50,086 nucleotides of DNA from Promethearchaeota archaeon (GTDB taxonomy: Archaea; Asgardarchaeota; Lokiarchaeia; Sigyniarchaeales; SOKP01), in the NCBI GenBank assembly GCA_016930515.1, contig JAFGGO010000138.1, forward strand, positions 1-50,086, given 5' to 3'. Below the pieces are notes generated by a model that did no database searches, was not told the DNA's origin, and worked only from the letters and a program-made list of their open reading frames with translations. Below, in pieces: positions 49,182 through 50,086 of the stretch (within the stretch, counting starts at the first letter, position 1; each line of letters starts with the position of its first letter). A program made the position numbers and the translations under genes.

Positions 49182-49311
49182 AGACGGAAGGAGTCCCTAA
49201 AATTCGGATAAACATTGGATTTCGCCCTCTATTAAACTCAAACAGGAGTTTAATTTTCTCCTTACCTTTATAATATCGTTCGGATTGGGGGACCTTTCGG
49301 ATCTCTTTTTT
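49182..49311 (+). ncRNA. Candidate stand-alone ncRNA: about 125-nt rod with central bubble
   Basis: TTTTAAAA at 49153-49160; stems GGAAGG/CCTTTC, TCCCT/GGGGA, AATTCGGAT/GTTCGGATT and ATTAAACTC/GAGTTTAAT; 3' T-run. Confidence 0.55.
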
Positions 49312-49896
49312 CTATAGCTATATATTTTTTTTATTTTAAAGGAAATTGCAATTAATTGTAGATAGCAGTAATATTTAAGAATATTGGCCATATTAATTGA
49401 CGGAGATAAGAAAGGAAAATATACCTAAGATTTAGAAGTTTTTTAAAGATATGGATTGTCTTGCTTTAAATAAATAATTAGAAAATCTTAGTAAATTCAA
49501 GTAAATTTACCATAAAATCTTAAAAAACCTCAAAAAAGATAGGTCTGGATGAATGTTATTATTACTATTAGAAAAGAACTTTTTATTGAAATTAAGGATT
49601 TAAAAACACGCTAACATCTAGAATTAAGAACATGCAAATAAGATATACTATTAAATAATAATTTTAACATTCTGAAAAAAAGAACCATTCGATATTTTAA
49701 GAAATTCTCTAATTTATATATACCTAAAGCAATATTTTGCAGATTAAAATACTTCAATATTTAATTTGGCTTCAAGTCCAAGCAATAAATGTAGATGCTA
49801 AAATACTTTATGCAGAAATCTTCCAGATCCCTTTTTAAGGGTTTCTGTGGGATATTAACATACACTATTGATAATATCAAATTTTATAAAAAAAGA

Positions 49897-50086
49897 ATGA
49901 ATAAAAAAATGACAAAAATAAAATTATCTGCACAAAAAGCAGTAAAAATAGGGTATTTTCTATTATTCCTCGGAATCATTGTTTCGGGATCAATCATTGC
50001 TACGGTTTTTCAAGCGATACATGACTCTTCAAATGATAAAAAACCACTTTATCTGAAAGAAAACGGATATTGGGTACTTCCCGATC
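49897..50086 (+). CDS. Partial secreted/membrane-anchored protein
   Basis: MNKKMTKIKLSAQKAVKIGYFLLFLGIIVSGSIIATVF...LKENGYWVLPD, open to the window end; TTTTATAA upstream. Confidence 0.7.
   Translation, partial: MNKKMTKIKLSAQKAVKIGYFLLFLGIIVSGSIIATVFQAIHDSSNDKKPLYLKENGYWVLPD

Noticed and set aside
49197-49391. 64-aa minus-strand ORF
   Set aside because: No motifs, and it overlaps the better-supported structured RNA candidate on the + strand.

Overview
AT-rich archaeal chromosomal window, most consistent with an Asgard archaeon (Lokiarchaeia-like). Support: Alba, archaeal-type CdhB/CdhC, GGTGA ribosome-binding sites, TATA-box promoters, oligo-T terminators, and roadblock-, longin-, PCI- and WD40-like proteins. 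Recognisable genes: albA, cooT-cdhB-cdhC (partial ACDS cluster), htpG, an MCP-type receptor, two MscS-family genes, fprA, rnhA, MFS/ABC/CaCA transporters, a NERD-SF1 helicase, two PAS histidine kinases flanking a stomatin-NfeD operon, uvrD/pcrA, a cold-shock protein and queE-queD-queC. Main signals that standard annotation would miss: (1) one Zn-binding module fused four times to roadblock-like, DENN-like and unknown domains; (2) long irregular intergenic hairpins, one with a well-placed promoter and terminator, that look like unannotated ncRNAs; (3) a WD40-membrane protein coupled to a nicotinamidase-fold protein lacking the catalytic triad; (4) a perfect 73-bp inverted repeat shared by two otherwise diverged kinases; (5) a collagen/C1q-like family with one intact and two decayed copies; (6) probable non-canonical start codons. 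No rRNA, tRNA or CRISPR array was seen. All calls come from reading motifs by eye; no searches or folding programs were run.
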